This document shows positions 31,084-41,202 of a DNA stretch of 64,000 nt, piece by piece. The DNA comes from Burkholderiales bacterium (GTDB lineage Bacteria; Pseudomonadota; Gammaproteobacteria; Burkholderiales; SG8-39), in the NCBI GenBank assembly GCA_035649175.1, contig DASRKB010000084.1:9730-73729 (forward strand). Reading direction: 5' to 3'. Each line of letters starts with the position of its first letter. Position 1 is the stretch's first letter. Made by a program: the position numbers and the translations under genes. Below the pieces are notes generated by a model. The model worked only from the letters and a program-made list of their open reading frames with translations, was not told where the DNA came from and did not search any database.

Positions 31084-31635
31084 ATGGAGGATTTCCGGCG
31101 CCGGGTGGAAGCCGAGCGCGGCTATCTGCTGCGCTACGCCGCGCTGCAATTGCGCGACCGGCACGCCGCGGAGGATGCGGTGCAGGAGACCTTGCTCGCG
31201 GCGCTGACCGGCGAGTCGGGCTTCGCCGGCCGCTCGAACCTGCGCACCTGGCTCACCGGAATCCTCAAGCACAAAATCATCGACGCCATCCGCCGCGCGA
31301 GCCGCGACGGCGCCGCGGCGGCCGGGGAGGAGGACGCCAATCTCGACGAGGTGGTGTTCAACCCGCGCGGTCATTGGGCAACGGCGCAGCCGGCCTGGCC
31401 GGACCCGGACGCCTCGCTAGAGCAGGCGCAGTTCTTCGCGGTCCTCGAGGAATGCCTCGCGCGCCTTCCGGCGAAGACCGCGCAGGCTTTCATGATGCGC
31501 GAGCATCTCGGCCTCGAGACGGCGGACATCTGTAAGGAACTGGGCGTCACGCCGACCCACTGCTGGGTACTACTTTACCGCGCGCGCATGTCGCTGCGGG
31601 AGTGCCTGCAAGCCAACTGGTTCGGCGCACGATGA
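31084..31635 (+). CDS. ECF-type RNA polymerase sigma factor
   Basis: Region 2 (AEDAVQETLLAAL...SNLRTWLTGILKHKIIDAIRR) and region 4 (LPAKTAQAFMMREHLGLETADICKELGVTPTHCWVLLYRARMSLRECL). Confidence 0.88.
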   Translation: MEDFRRRVEAERGYLLRYAALQLRDRHAAEDAVQETLLAALTGESGFAGRSNLRTWLTGILKHKIIDAIRRASRDGAAAAGEEDANLDEVVFNPRGHWATAQPAWPDPDASLEQAQFFAVLEECLARLPAKTAQAFMMREHLGLETADICKELGVTPTHCWVLLYRARMSLRECLQANWFGAR

Positions 31636-31805
31636 TGCTTTCCTGCAAGGAAGTGACGCGGCTCGTATCCCAGGGACTCGATCGGCCCCTTTCGCCCGGC
31701 GAGCGCTTGCGCGTCCGTCTGCATTTCCTCATCTGCCGCGGCTGCGCGCGATTCGAGCGCCAGATGGCGTTCCTTCGCTTGGCCGTGAGGCGGCTTGGCG
31801 CCTGA
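31632..31805 (+). CDS. Small zf-HC2-type anti-sigma factor (57 aa, no TM segment)
   Basis: ATGA overlap with the sigma gene. MMLSCKEVTRLVSQGLD...LHFLICRGCARF (H-x3-C-x2-C zinc motif). Confidence 0.75.
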   Translation: MMLSCKEVTRLVSQGLDRPLSPGERLRVRLHFLICRGCARFERQMAFLRLAVRRLGA

Positions 31806-31971
31806 GAACTGCGCGCGCTGCGGCGCGCCCTTTTGCTGCGGAAGGGACGCCGGGCGCTGCTGGTGTGCCGGGCTTGCCCCGATCGAGCCAGTCCCGGGCC
31901 GTGCCTGTCTCTGCCGGGCCTGCCTCGAAGCCGAGGTCAAAGAACGTAGCGCGCGAGATCCTCGTTCCTAG
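31795..31971 (+). CDS. Cysteine-rich CWC-type small protein (58 aa), not in the ORF track
   Basis: TTG start, then [49 protein letters not shown]..., which follows the CxxCG..F.CG...CWC...CLCxxCL pattern with strong G/C third-position bias. Overlaps the anti-sigma gene by 11 nt and the 3' end of hslU by 35 nt. Confidence 0.7.
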   Translation: MAPENCARCGAPFCCGRDAGRCWCAGLAPIEPVPGRACLCRACLEAEVKERSARDPRS

Positions 31972-33247
31972 CGAGCTCGCCGAGGCGCGCGTCCACGTAG
32001 GCCGCGTCGATGGTCACGCTGCCCGGGCCGCGCTTGCCGGCGTCGAACGAGATCTCTTCCAGGAGCTTCTCCAGTACGGTTGAGAGCCGCCGCGCGCCGA
32101 TGTTCTCGGTACGCTCGTTGACCTGAAAGGCGATCTCGGCGATGCGGCGGATCGCCTCGGGCTTGAAGTCAACGTTCAGGCCCTCGGTAGTAAGGAGCGC
32201 CTCGTACTGCTTTACCTGGCTCGCGTCCGTGGCGACGAGGATGCGCTCGAAGTCTTCCACGGACAGCGAGTCGAGCTCGACGCGGATCGGAAAGCGCCCC
32301 TGCAGCTCCGGGATCAGGTCGGAAGGCTTGGCGAGGTGAAAGGCCCCCGAGGCGATGAAAAGGACGTGGTCGGTCTTCACCATGCCGTAGCGGGTGGACA
32401 CGGTCGTCCCCTCCACAAGGGGCAGGAGGTCGCGCTGCACTCCCTGGCGCGAGACGTCGGCGCCCGCGACCTCGGAGCGGCTGGTTATCTTGTCGATCTC
32501 GTCCAGGAACACGATGCCGTTCTGTTCCGCGTTCGCCACCGCGCGCGCCTTCAGCTCCTCGTCGTTCACCAGGCGCGCTGCCTCCTCGTCGGTCAGGAGC
32601 TGCGCCGCCTCTCGAATCTTCAGGCGGCGCAGGCGGCGCCGCCCCCCGCCGCCGATGTTGGAGAGCATGCCCTGGATCTGCGAGGTGAGCTCCTCCATGC
32701 CGGGGGGCGCGAGGATCTCCAGGGGCGCAGCGGCCACGGCGACCTCGATGTCGATCTCCTTTTCGTCAAGCGCGCCCTCGCGTAGCTTCTTGCGAAAGTT
32801 CTGCCGCGTCGCGCTCTCGGCGTCCGCCGTCCTGGAGCCGACCAGCACGTCGAGGATGCGGTCCTCGGCGGCGTCCTGCGCGCGCGTGCGAACGAGGCGC
32901 ATCGCCTGCTCGCGCGTCTGCTTGATGCTGATCTCGACGAGGTCGCGCACGATGCTGTCGACGTCGCGGCCGACATAGCCGACCTCGGTGAACTTGGTGG
33001 CCTCGACCTTGATGAAAGGCGCGTCGGCGAGCCGCGCCAGGCGCCGCGCGATCTCGGTCTTGCCCACGCCGGTGGGGCCGATCATCAGGATGTTCTTCGG
33101 TGTGATCTCCTGGCGCAGCGGCTCGGCGACCTGCAGGCGACGCCAGCGATTCCTGAGCGCGATGGCCACGGCGCGCTTCGCTCTCCCCTGCCCGACGATG
33201 AATTTGTCGAGCTCGTGGACGATCTCCTGCGGCGTCATCCCACTCAT
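31937..33247 (-). CDS. hslU: ATP-dependent protease ATPase subunit HslU
   Basis: [34 protein letters not shown]...[19 protein letters not shown]...[11 protein letters not shown]. Confidence 0.96.
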   Translation of the reverse strand: MSGMTPQEIVHELDKFIVGQGRAKRAVAIALRNRWRRLQVAEPLRQEITPKNILMIGPTGVGKTEIARRLARLADAPFIKVEATKFTEVGYVGRDVDSIVRDLVEISIKQTREQAMRLVRTRAQDAAEDRILDVLVGSRTADAESATRQNFRKKLREGALDEKEIDIEVAVAAAPLEILAPPGMEELTSQIQGMLSNIGGGGRRRLRRLKIREAAQLLTDEEAARLVNDEELKARAVANAEQNGIVFLDEIDKITSRSEVAGADVSRQGVQRDLLPLVEGTTVSTRYGMVKTDHVLFIASGAFHLAKPSDLIPELQGRFPIRVELDSLSVEDFERILVATDASQVKQYEALLTTEGLNVDFKPEAIRRIAEIAFQVNERTENIGARRLSTVLEKLLEEISFDAGKRGPGSVTIDAAYVDARLGELARNEDLARYVL

Positions 33248-33780
33248 TCGAGGACTTCGATGGAGCGCTGCTGGTTCGTGTAGATGCAGATGTCGCCGGC
33301 GATGGCGAGCGCCTTGTCGACGATGTCCCTGGGGCCCAGGCTGGTGTTCTCCAGCAGCGCCCGCGCCGCCGCCTGCGCGAAGGCGCCGCCGGAGCCGATG
33401 GCGACGATGCCGAGCTCCGGCTCCACCACGTCCCCCATTCCCGTGATGATGAGCGAGCGCTCGCGGTCCGCCACCGCGAGCATCGCCTCCAGGCGCCGCA
33501 GGATGCGATCGGTGCGCCAGTCCTTGGCGAGCTCGACCGCCGAGCGCATCAGGTTGCCCTGGTGCTTGTCGAGCTTCGCCTCGAAACGCTCGAAGAGGGT
33601 GAAGGCGTCCGCGGTGCCGCCGGCGAAGCCCGCGAGAATGCGGTCCTGGTAGAGGCGCCGGACCTTCTTAGCGCCACCTTTCAGGACCACCTGGCCGAGC
33701 GTCACCTGCCCGTCGCCGCCGAGGGCGACCGAGGCACCGCGGCGCACAGAAAGAATGGTAGTGCCGTGCAGTTGTTCCAT
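33244..33780 (-). CDS. hslV: ATP-dependent protease subunit HslV
   Basis: [15 protein letters not shown]...GDGQVTLG...KVRRLY...[21 protein letters not shown]. The short pro-peptide before the catalytic Thr is as I recall for betaproteobacterial HslV. ATGA overlap with hslU. Confidence 0.95.
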   Translation of the reverse strand: MEQLHGTTILSVRRGASVALGGDGQVTLGQVVLKGGAKKVRRLYQDRILAGFAGGTADAFTLFERFEAKLDKHQGNLMRSAVELAKDWRTDRILRRLEAMLAVADRERSLIITGMGDVVEPELGIVAIGSGGAFAQAAARALLENTSLGPRDIVDKALAIAGDICIYTNQQRSIEVLE

Positions 33781-33815
33781 GAGATTACCCGCGCATAAGC
33801 AAGGACGAGACCCGC

Positions 33816-34796
<981 letters not shown>

Positions 34797-34852
34797 GAGG
34801 GCTCCTTGCAGGAGCGGGATTCTAATCTAGTGCCGGTGCGCGCTGCCGTGCG

Positions 34853-35020
34853 TCATCGAATAATGCTCGCGAAGCAGGTCGCGGCCGAAGTCCCCGGTGA
34901 AGTCGCGCCACACTGTGTGAATGTGGTTGCCGCGGCGACAGCGGAAGGATGAGCCTTATCCTGCGCAAACACCGCGAAAGCGCAAGCGAACAGCAGAAGC
35001 CAGACTAGCGCGCGGCTCAC
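34853..35020 (-). other. Questionable 55-codon ORF with a signal peptide; the coding signal switches frame midway (possible frameshifted small gene)
   Basis: A GTG start overlaps the rlmI stop (GTGA): VSRALVWLLLFACAFAVFAQD... Downstream of about 34913 a different frame (GTG 34913 to TAG 34827, WRDFTGDFGRDLLREHYSMTHGSAHRH) has 25 of 28 codons ending in G/C. This frame has 13 of 21 over the same stretch. Confidence 0.3.
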
Positions 35021-36234
35021 GATGCCTTCAACACCAGAAGCCCCTTGAGATATTCCCCTTCCGGAAACTCGAGCGCCACGGGGTGGTCCGCGGCCGCTCC
35101 GAAACGCTCGACGATCTTTGCCTCCGCGCCAGCGTCCACGGCGGCGCCGGCGACAATGGACTGGAAAAGCGCTGCATCCACGCCGCCCGAGCAAGAGAAA
35201 GTCGCAAGCAGGCCACCGGGGGCGAGCAGCTTGAAGGCGAGCAGGTTGATATCCTTGTAGGCGCGCGCGGCATTCTTCGCCTGAGCCGCGCTGGGCGCGA
35301 ACTTCGGCGGGTCGAGCACGATTAGATCGAAACTCCTGCCGCGGTCGCGCAGCGCCCGGAGCTGCGCGAAGACGTCCGCCTGCACGAACTCGACACGGGA
35401 GCCGTCCAATGGGTTCGCCGCGAGGTTTTCTCGTGCGATCTGGACCGCGTCGGCGGAGGACTCGATCGCGCAGATGCGCTTCGCCCCACCGGCGAGCGCG
35501 GCGATCGAGAACCCGCCGGTATACGCGAACCCGTCGAGCACCTCGCGCCCGGCGGCGAGCGCGCGAACGCGCTGCCGGTTCTCGCGCTGGTCGAGGAAGA
35601 ACCCGGTCTTCTGCCCCTGCTCCACGTCGACGCGGAAGTTAAGCCCGTACTCGATGATCGGGCAGCGCGCGGCGCTCCGGTTTCCTCTGGCAAATCCAAT
35701 CTTTGGTTGCAAACCCTCCAGCTTCCTCACCTCGGCGTCGGAGCGCTCGTAGACCGCCTCGCAGCCGGTCAGCTCGACCAGCAGGTCGAGGATCGCGTCG
35801 CGCCAGCGCTCGGCGCCCGCGGAGAGGAATTGCGCCACCAGCACGTCGGCATAGCGGTCCACCACCAGCCCCGGCAGGGCGTCGGACTCGCCGTGGACGA
35901 GCCGCAGGGCATTGGTGTGCCTTGCGATGGCGAGCGGCTCCCGCAGCCGGAGTGCGGTCTCGAGCCGGCGGCGGAAGAATCCGGCATCGATCGCTGCGTC
36001 CTCGAAGCTCCAGACCCGGGCGCGGATCTGCGAGGCCGGGCTGAACGCGGCAAGCGCGAGCGCGTTGCCCCCCGCGTCCACGATGCGCGTGGTGTCACCG
36101 AGCCCGGGATCGCCCCGCACCTCGGCCACGGCGCCGGAAAAGACCCATGGATGCCGGCGCTTCAGCGAGCGCTCGCGGCCGCGCTTCAGGATGATCGCCG
36201 GCTCAGCGCTTCTTCGCGCGCGGGTGGGCGGCAT
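35017..36234 (-). CDS. rlmI: 23S rRNA (cytosine1962-C5)-methyltransferase RlmI-like
   Basis: [22 protein letters not shown] (PUA-like N-terminus, compare E. coli RlmI [21 protein letters not shown])...[12 protein letters not shown]...DPPKF. ATG 36234 overlaps xerC by 32 nt. Confidence 0.88.
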   Translation of the reverse strand: [405 protein letters not shown]

Positions 36235-37111
36235 CGTAGACCTTGGCGAGCGCCTGAAAATCGAGATGGGTGTAGATCTGCGTCGTCGAGATGCTGGCAT
36301 GGCCGAGCATCTCCTGCACCGCGCGCAGATCCTGAGACGACTGCAGGACATGCGAGGCGAACGAGTGGCGCAGCATATGCGGATGCACGCGCTGGCCAAG
36401 GCCACGCCGGCGCGCCCATGCCCCGAGCCGCGCGCCGACCACGGACGGCGAAATGCGCCGGCCTCGCGCGCCGACGAAGAGCGCTTTCTCCCCCTCGGTG
36501 GCCACCTGCTGCCTTGTCGAGATCCACACCTTGAGGGCTTGGCGCGCCTTCGCGCCCACCGGCACCGTCCGCGACTTCGAACCCTTGCCGGTGACCGTCA
36601 CCTCGCCCTGCCGCAAATCGAGGCGGCCGTCGTCGACATCGAGCGCCACCAGCTCTGCCAGGCGCAGGCCGGAGGAGTAGAGGAGCTCGAACATGGCGCG
36701 GTCCTGCACGGCAAGGGGCGAGGCGTCCCCGCCGGCGTCCTCGAGAAGCTTCTGCGCCGCCTCGACCGACATTGCCTTGGGCAGCGTGCGGGACGCTTTG
36801 GGCGCACGCACGCCGAGCGCCGGGTTGGTGCGCCAGCCGCGATGCCTCGCGAGCCAGGCGAAGCAGCCCCTCCACGCCGAGAGCGTCAAGGCGAGCGTTC
36901 GGGGCGCGAAACCCCTGGCGTGCAGCATGGAGAGGAAGCGGCGCACATCGGCGGCTTCGATGGCCGAGAAGTCCTTCTCCCGGGCAAGCGAAAGCAGCAG
37001 CGCCAGCGCGTGGCGGTAGTTCTCCAGCGTCGCTGCCGCCAACCGCCTCTGGTGCTCGAGCGCCTCGATATACTCGCGGACTAGAGCCGCGCCGTCACGC
37101 CGGCCGCGCAT
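36203..37111 (-). CDS. xerC: Tyrosine recombinase XerC
   Basis: ...TLENYRHAL...GLRLAELVALDV...HMLRHSFASHVL...LGHASISTTQIYTHL (R..HxxR..Y catalytic set). Conserved DUF484-xerC context, so not a mobile-element integrase. Confidence 0.9.
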   Translation of the reverse strand: MRGRRDGAALVREYIEALEHQRRLAAATLENYRHALALLLSLAREKDFSAIEAADVRRFLSMLHARGFAPRTLALTLSAWRGCFAWLARHRGWRTNPALGVRAPKASRTLPKAMSVEAAQKLLEDAGGDASPLAVQDRAMFELLYSSGLRLAELVALDVDDGRLDLRQGEVTVTGKGSKSRTVPVGAKARQALKVWISTRQQVATEGEKALFVGARGRRISPSVVGARLGAWARRRGLGQRVHPHMLRHSFASHVLQSSQDLRAVQEMLGHASISTTQIYTHLDFQALAKVYDAAHPRAKKR

Positions 37112-37725
37112 AGCTCGCCGATGCGTCGCAGATACAGCGTGCCCATCTCCGCGTAGAAGCGCCGGGCATCCTCGCTACCCAGCACGAGCAGCCCGAACAC
37201 CGCGGTCTGGCCGAGCGGCACGAGGGCAAGCGAGCGTACGTGCGCCGCCGACTCGCCGAACCACGCCTTGAAAACGCTTCCCTCCGCCGGGCCGCACTCG
37301 GGCGCGGCCATGGCTGCGGCGAGGCGGCGCTCCGACTCGCCGACCGGCGCGGCCTCGGCGAAGTCCGCCGGAACGCTCTTGCCCCACACGCGCAGCGCCA
37401 CGTGCGGCACGGCGAAGTCCTCGCAAAGGTGAAAGTAGATCGACTGCCCGAGCGACGGGAAGTCCCGCGCTCCGGCGATGGCGACCGCAAGGCGATGGAC
37501 CTTCTCGCTGATCGCGTCGTTCTCCTCGCCGAACTGGATCAGCTCGCCGAGCTTGCCTTCGAGCGCGCGCGCCTTCTCGCGCAACGCGACCGTCTGCCGC
37601 TCGGCGAGGGGGATGGCGCGGCCGCCATAGGGATGCGGGATGTTGATCTTCTCGAGGAGCTCCGGGTGCTGCTCGAAGAACCGCGGGTGCATCCGCAGAT
37701 AGGTCGCGACGTCCTCTGGGCTCAT
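37081..37725 (-). CDS. DUF484-family protein (YigA-like)
   Basis: MSPEDVATYLRMHPRFFEQHPELLEKINIPHPYGGRAIPLAERQ... Conserved dapF-DUF484-xerC context. Confidence 0.88.
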   Translation of the reverse strand: MSPEDVATYLRMHPRFFEQHPELLEKINIPHPYGGRAIPLAERQTVALREKARALEGKLGELIQFGEENDAISEKVHRLAVAIAGARDFPSLGQSIYFHLCEDFAVPHVALRVWGKSVPADFAEAAPVGESERRLAAAMAAPECGPAEGSVFKAWFGESAAHVRSLALVPLGQTAVFGLLVLGSEDARRFYAEMGTLYLRRIGELCAAGVTARL

Positions 37726-37741
37726 GTTGTTGTCCTTTTTG

Positions 37742-38536
37742 TCAAAGCTCCATCGTTCCTTCGAACACGGCGCGCGCCGGCCCTTTCATCCACACGGCAT
37801 TGTCGCCGCCCGCCCAAGAGATGGTCAACGCTCCGCCGCGCGTGTCCACGTGCACCGGCGACTGGAGTAGGCCCCGCGCGATGCCGGAAACCACCGCCGC
37901 GCAGGCACCGGTGCCGCAGGCGAGCGTCTCGCCAGCGCCGCGCTCCCAGACGCGCAGCGCGATGCGATGGCGGTCGATCACCTGGACGTAGCCCGCGTTC
38001 ACGCCCTGCGGGAACCGTGCATGGCGCTCGATGCGCGGCCCCTGGGTCGTCACCGGTGCGGCGGCGACGTCCGCGACCACCTGCACGGCGTGCGGGTTGC
38101 CCATCGACACCAGCGCAAGGCCGATCTTTTCTCCCTCCACCTCGAGCAGCTCCTCCCCGGAAAGAACCGGCTTGCCCATATCCACCGCGACTTCGCCGTC
38201 ATCCTCCAGCCGGGGCAGGATGGTGCCGCCGAGCGTCTCCACCCGGATCTCGCGCTTCGCCGTCAGCCCGCGGGCGTGGACGAACTTCACGAAGCAGCGC
38301 GCGCCGTTGCCGCACTGCTCGACCTCGCCGCCGTCGGCGTTGAAGATGCGGTAGCGGAAGTCTGCGTCGCGCCCGCGCGGGCGCTCGACCACCAGCAGCT
38401 GGTCGCACCCCACGCCGAGATGGCGGTCTGCAACCCGCCGAATCTGCGCTGCCGAGAGGGAGAATTCCTTCGCGGTCGCATCGATGACCACGAAGTCGTT
38501 TCCAGCGCCTTCCATCTTGGTGAAGGCGACCTTCAT
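37742..38536 (-). CDS. dapF: Diaminopimelate epimerase
   Basis: [19 protein letters not shown]...[17 protein letters not shown]...ACGTGACAA (both catalytic Cys motifs). ATGA overlap with the upstream gene. Confidence 0.93.
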   Translation of the reverse strand: MKVAFTKMEGAGNDFVVIDATAKEFSLSAAQIRRVADRHLGVGCDQLLVVERPRGRDADFRYRIFNADGGEVEQCGNGARCFVKFVHARGLTAKREIRVETLGGTILPRLEDDGEVAVDMGKPVLSGEELLEVEGEKIGLALVSMGNPHAVQVVADVAAAPVTTQGPRIERHARFPQGVNAGYVQVIDRHRIALRVWERGAGETLACGTGACAAVVSGIARGLLQSPVHVDTRGGALTISWAGGDNAVWMKGPARAVFEGTMEL

Positions 38537-39459
38537 GCGAAGCGCTTCAGCCGCTCCCGTACCAGACGCCCGACGTCGAGCGCGAGCTCGAGAATCTTGC
38601 GTCCCTGCACGCCGCCGACTTCCACCGGCGTGCTCTTCGTAATCGAGGAGACAAAGGCCTTCGCCTGAGCGGCGAGCGCATCTCCGCCTTCGTAGCGCTC
38701 CTCGGTCTGCTCGAAGCCGCCGCCCGCCCGGCGCACGTAGCGCAGACTGCCTTTCTGCAAATCTGCGGAGACGTAGAGGTCGCTCTGAAACACGCGCAGC
38801 TTGCGCACCGGCGCCTGGCTCACACGGCTCGCCGACAGGTTGGCGACGCAGCCGTTGGCGAACTCGATGCGCGCATTGGCGATGTCGATGTCGTCGGTGA
38901 GCACGCGGAAGCCGCACGCGCTGACGTCGAGCACGTCTGCCCGGGCGAGGGCCGCGGCGAGGTCGAGGTCGTGGATCATGAGGTCGAGCACCACGTCGAC
39001 CTCCGCGCCGCGCTGCTTGAAGCCCGCAAGGCGCTCGGCCTCGAGGAACACTGGCCGGTCCATGCGCTCGGCGAGGGCGCGGAACGCACGGCTGTAGCGC
39101 TCGACGTGCCCAACCTGCAGAACGCGGGCCTTCCGCTCGGCGAGCCCGATCAGCGCGTCGGCTTCCTCGATGCTCGTGGCGATCGGCTTCTCGATCAACA
39201 CGTGCAAGCCGTGCTCGAGGCATGCGGACGCCACCTCGTAGTGGCGGTCTGTCGGGACCGCGATCACGGCCGCGTCAGCTTTCCCGTGGAGAATCTGCTT
39301 GAAATCCGAGAAAGCGGCGCAGCCATGCCTGCGCGCGAGCTCCGAGGCGCGCAGCCGGTTCGCATCCACCACGCCCGCAAGCTCGACGCCCGGGAGCGCA
39401 GCGAGCTTGTCCGCGTGATAGCGCCCCATGTGGCCGGCGCCGATGACGACCGCCCTCAA
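38533..39459 (-). CDS. Gfo/Idh/MocA-family NAD(P)-dependent oxidoreductase
   Basis: [16 protein letters not shown] (Rossmann fold)...[14 protein letters not shown] (EKP motif). A TTG start at 39459 overlaps the lpxL stop (TTGA), with GAGG 5 nt upstream. Confidence 0.85.
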   Translation of the reverse strand: MRAVVIGAGHMGRYHADKLAALPGVELAGVVDANRLRASELARRHGCAAFSDFKQILHGKADAAVIAVPTDRHYEVASACLEHGLHVLIEKPIATSIEEADALIGLAERKARVLQVGHVERYSRAFRALAERMDRPVFLEAERLAGFKQRGAEVDVVLDLMIHDLDLAAALARADVLDVSACGFRVLTDDIDIANARIEFANGCVANLSASRVSQAPVRKLRVFQSDLYVSADLQKGSLRYVRRAGGGFEQTEERYEGGDALAAQAKAFVSSITKSTPVEVGGVQGRKILELALDVGRLVRERLKRFA

Positions 39460-40319
39460 TAGAACCTCGGCTCTCCTTCCGGGCGCGTCTTGAACCGCTT
39501 GTGCATCCAAAGGTACTGCTCCGGCATCTCGAGCACGCGCTCCTCGATGAAGGCTAGCATGCGCCGCGCGTCGCCCGCGTCGTCGCCGCTCGGAAAGCCC
39601 TGCCAGGCGGGATAAAGCCGCGCGATATAGCCGCCGCCGCCGGGCAGCATGCGGGTGACGCAGGGCACGACCGCCGCGCCGGCAAGGCGCGCGAGGTCCG
39701 AGAGGCCCGTCACGGTGGCCGCGGGCACGCCGAAGAAGGGTACGAACACCGCGCTCGAGCGGCCGAGGTCCATGTCCGGCAGGTAGTAGAACGGCGCGCC
39801 CGAACGGATCGCGCGCACCACTTTCCTCAGGCTGTCCTGGCGCGCGAAGAGCTCGCCGCCAAAACGTCGGCGCTTCTCATAGAGAAGCCGGTCGAGTGCC
39901 GGGTCCTTCTGGTGCGAGTACATGGAGGCCATGCTGCGGTCCAGCGCGAGGCGCGTGCCACCGTGCTCGGTTCCGGCGAAATGCGGCGCGAGCACGATCA
40001 CCGGCCGGCCAGCGAGCGCCTCGAGGTGCTCCTCGCCCTCGATGCGGATCAGCCTGCGCAGCCGCGCCTCGCTCGACCACCAGAGGATCGCGCGCTCCAC
40101 GAAACTGCGGCAGAAAGCTCGAAAGCTCGCGCGCGCCAGCCGCTCGCGCGCCGCCGGCGACATGTCCGGAAAGCATTTCTCCAGGTTGACGCGCGTCACC
40201 CGGCGCCGCTCGGGAATCAGCCAGTAGAGCCCCACGCCCAAGGCGTTGCCGATTACCGCGATGGCGGGAAGCGGCAGCAAGCGCACAAGCCACATGAGGG
40301 CGAAGACGATCCTTGTCAC
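39456..40319 (-). CDS. Lipid A biosynthesis late acyltransferase (LpxL/HtrB family), copy 2
   Basis: GTG start at 40319 (GTGA overlap). ...RVTRVNLEKCFPDMS...VLAPHFAGTEHGG (HX4 D/E-type motif)...YYLPDMD...MPEQYLWMHKRFK. Confidence 0.85.
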   Translation of the reverse strand: MTRIVFALMWLVRLLPLPAIAVIGNALGVGLYWLIPERRRVTRVNLEKCFPDMSPAARERLARASFRAFCRSFVERAILWWSSEARLRRLIRIEGEEHLEALAGRPVIVLAPHFAGTEHGGTRLALDRSMASMYSHQKDPALDRLLYEKRRRFGGELFARQDSLRKVVRAIRSGAPFYYLPDMDLGRSSAVFVPFFGVPAATVTGLSDLARLAGAAVVPCVTRMLPGGGGYIARLYPAWQGFPSGDDAGDARRMLAFIEERVLEMPEQYLWMHKRFKTRPEGEPRFY

Positions 40320-41164
40320 GGCGGCGGCCTGGCGCCCTTGGGCACCTTGTAGCGGTTGTAGCCCCACAGATACTGACCCGGGCATTCGCGCACCAGGTCC
40401 TCCAGACCGCGGTTCACCCGACGCGTCGCCGTCTCTCCGGGAAGCGGCGCGGGCAGTGGCCGCAGCACGAGCTCGTATCCCTCGCCTCGAGGCAGCCGCC
40501 TTGCGTAGGCGAGCAGGCAGAGCACTTGACCGCGCGCCGCGAGGCGAGCGGCGAGGGTCATGGTGTAGGCCTTGCGCCCGAAAAAGTCCGCCCATTCGCC
40601 TTCGCCCTCCCCAGGTACCTGGTCGGGAAGGAAGCCCGCGGCCTCGCCGCGCTTGAGCGCGGCAAGCAGGTCGCGCACCCCCGAGACGTCCGCGGGAGCG
40701 AGGCGCAGGCCGGGGCGCGCGCGCCCCTCGAGCATCAGCGGCTCAAGCCACCCAATTTTCGGCGGCCGGTAGAGCACGGTGATCGGCATGCGCTCGGCGG
40801 CGTACTGCGCTGCGACCTCGAAGCAGCCCATGTGCGGCGTGAGAAACACCACCGCCTTTCCGGCCGAGCGGGCCTCGAGCGCGGCCTCCAGCCCCTCCAC
40901 GCGCTTCACGAGCGACGCCACGCGCTCGCGCGGGCGGAACCAGACCGCGGGCAGCTCGGCGAGCATCCGGCCGGCGGCGGCGATCGCCTCGCGCCGCACG
41001 CGCGGCTCGACGTATCCTGCCTGGAGAAGGTTCGCGTGCAGATGCCTGCGGTAGGTGGGAGACATCCCGTAGATCGCCCAGCCGAGCACGGTTCCGAATC
41101 GATGCGCGGCCGCGAGCGGCAATCGAGCGGCGAGCCGTAGCAGCAGCCTGGGGAAGCGGTACAA
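40316..41164 (-). CDS. Lipid A biosynthesis late acyltransferase (LpxL/LpxM family), copy 1
   Basis: ...TYRRHLHANL...FLTPHMGCFEVAA...GFLPDQVP...CPGQYLWGYNRYK. The start is uncertain: TTG 41164 is preceded by AAGGA. The track start at 41209 would overlap the metK start. Confidence 0.8.
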   Translation of the reverse strand: MYRFPRLLLRLAARLPLAAAHRFGTVLGWAIYGMSPTYRRHLHANLLQAGYVEPRVRREAIAAAGRMLAELPAVWFRPRERVASLVKRVEGLEAALEARSAGKAVVFLTPHMGCFEVAAQYAAERMPITVLYRPPKIGWLEPLMLEGRARPGLRLAPADVSGVRDLLAALKRGEAAGFLPDQVPGEGEGEWADFFGRKAYTMTLAARLAARGQVLCLLAYARRLPRGEGYELVLRPLPAPLPGETATRRVNRGLEDLVRECPGQYLWGYNRYKVPKGARPPP

Positions 41165-41202
41165 GATTTGGTATCCTTGCGGCCTTCCTCTAGAAGACAC
41201 GC

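Noticed and set aside
31811-31834. GC-rich hairpin GCGCGC-gctgcg-GCGCGC followed by CCTTTTG, first read as the terminator of the ECF sigma operon
   Set aside because: It lies inside the CWC-type small ORF (codons ...[10 protein letters not shown]...), whose Cys pattern and codon bias explain the sequence better. The T-run is only four nucleotides.
34797-34852. Zur-box-like palindrome upstream of the CobW-type GTPase (around CGAGCATTATTCGATGACG)
   Set aside because: Only about 8 of 13 positions are self-complementary, which is too weak to call without a position weight matrix.
36203-37111. Tyrosine recombinase as a marker of an integrated mobile element
   Set aside because: It is in the conserved housekeeping dapF-DUF484-xerC context with tight gene overlaps. 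There is no adjacent tRNA, direct repeats, or phage/IS genes, so it is the chromosome-dimer resolvase XerC.
41165-41202. Looked for a SAM-responsive riboswitch upstream of metK
   Set aside because: At most about 40 nt separate metK from the divergent lpxL-family start. No conserved SAM-riboswitch-like helices are visible.
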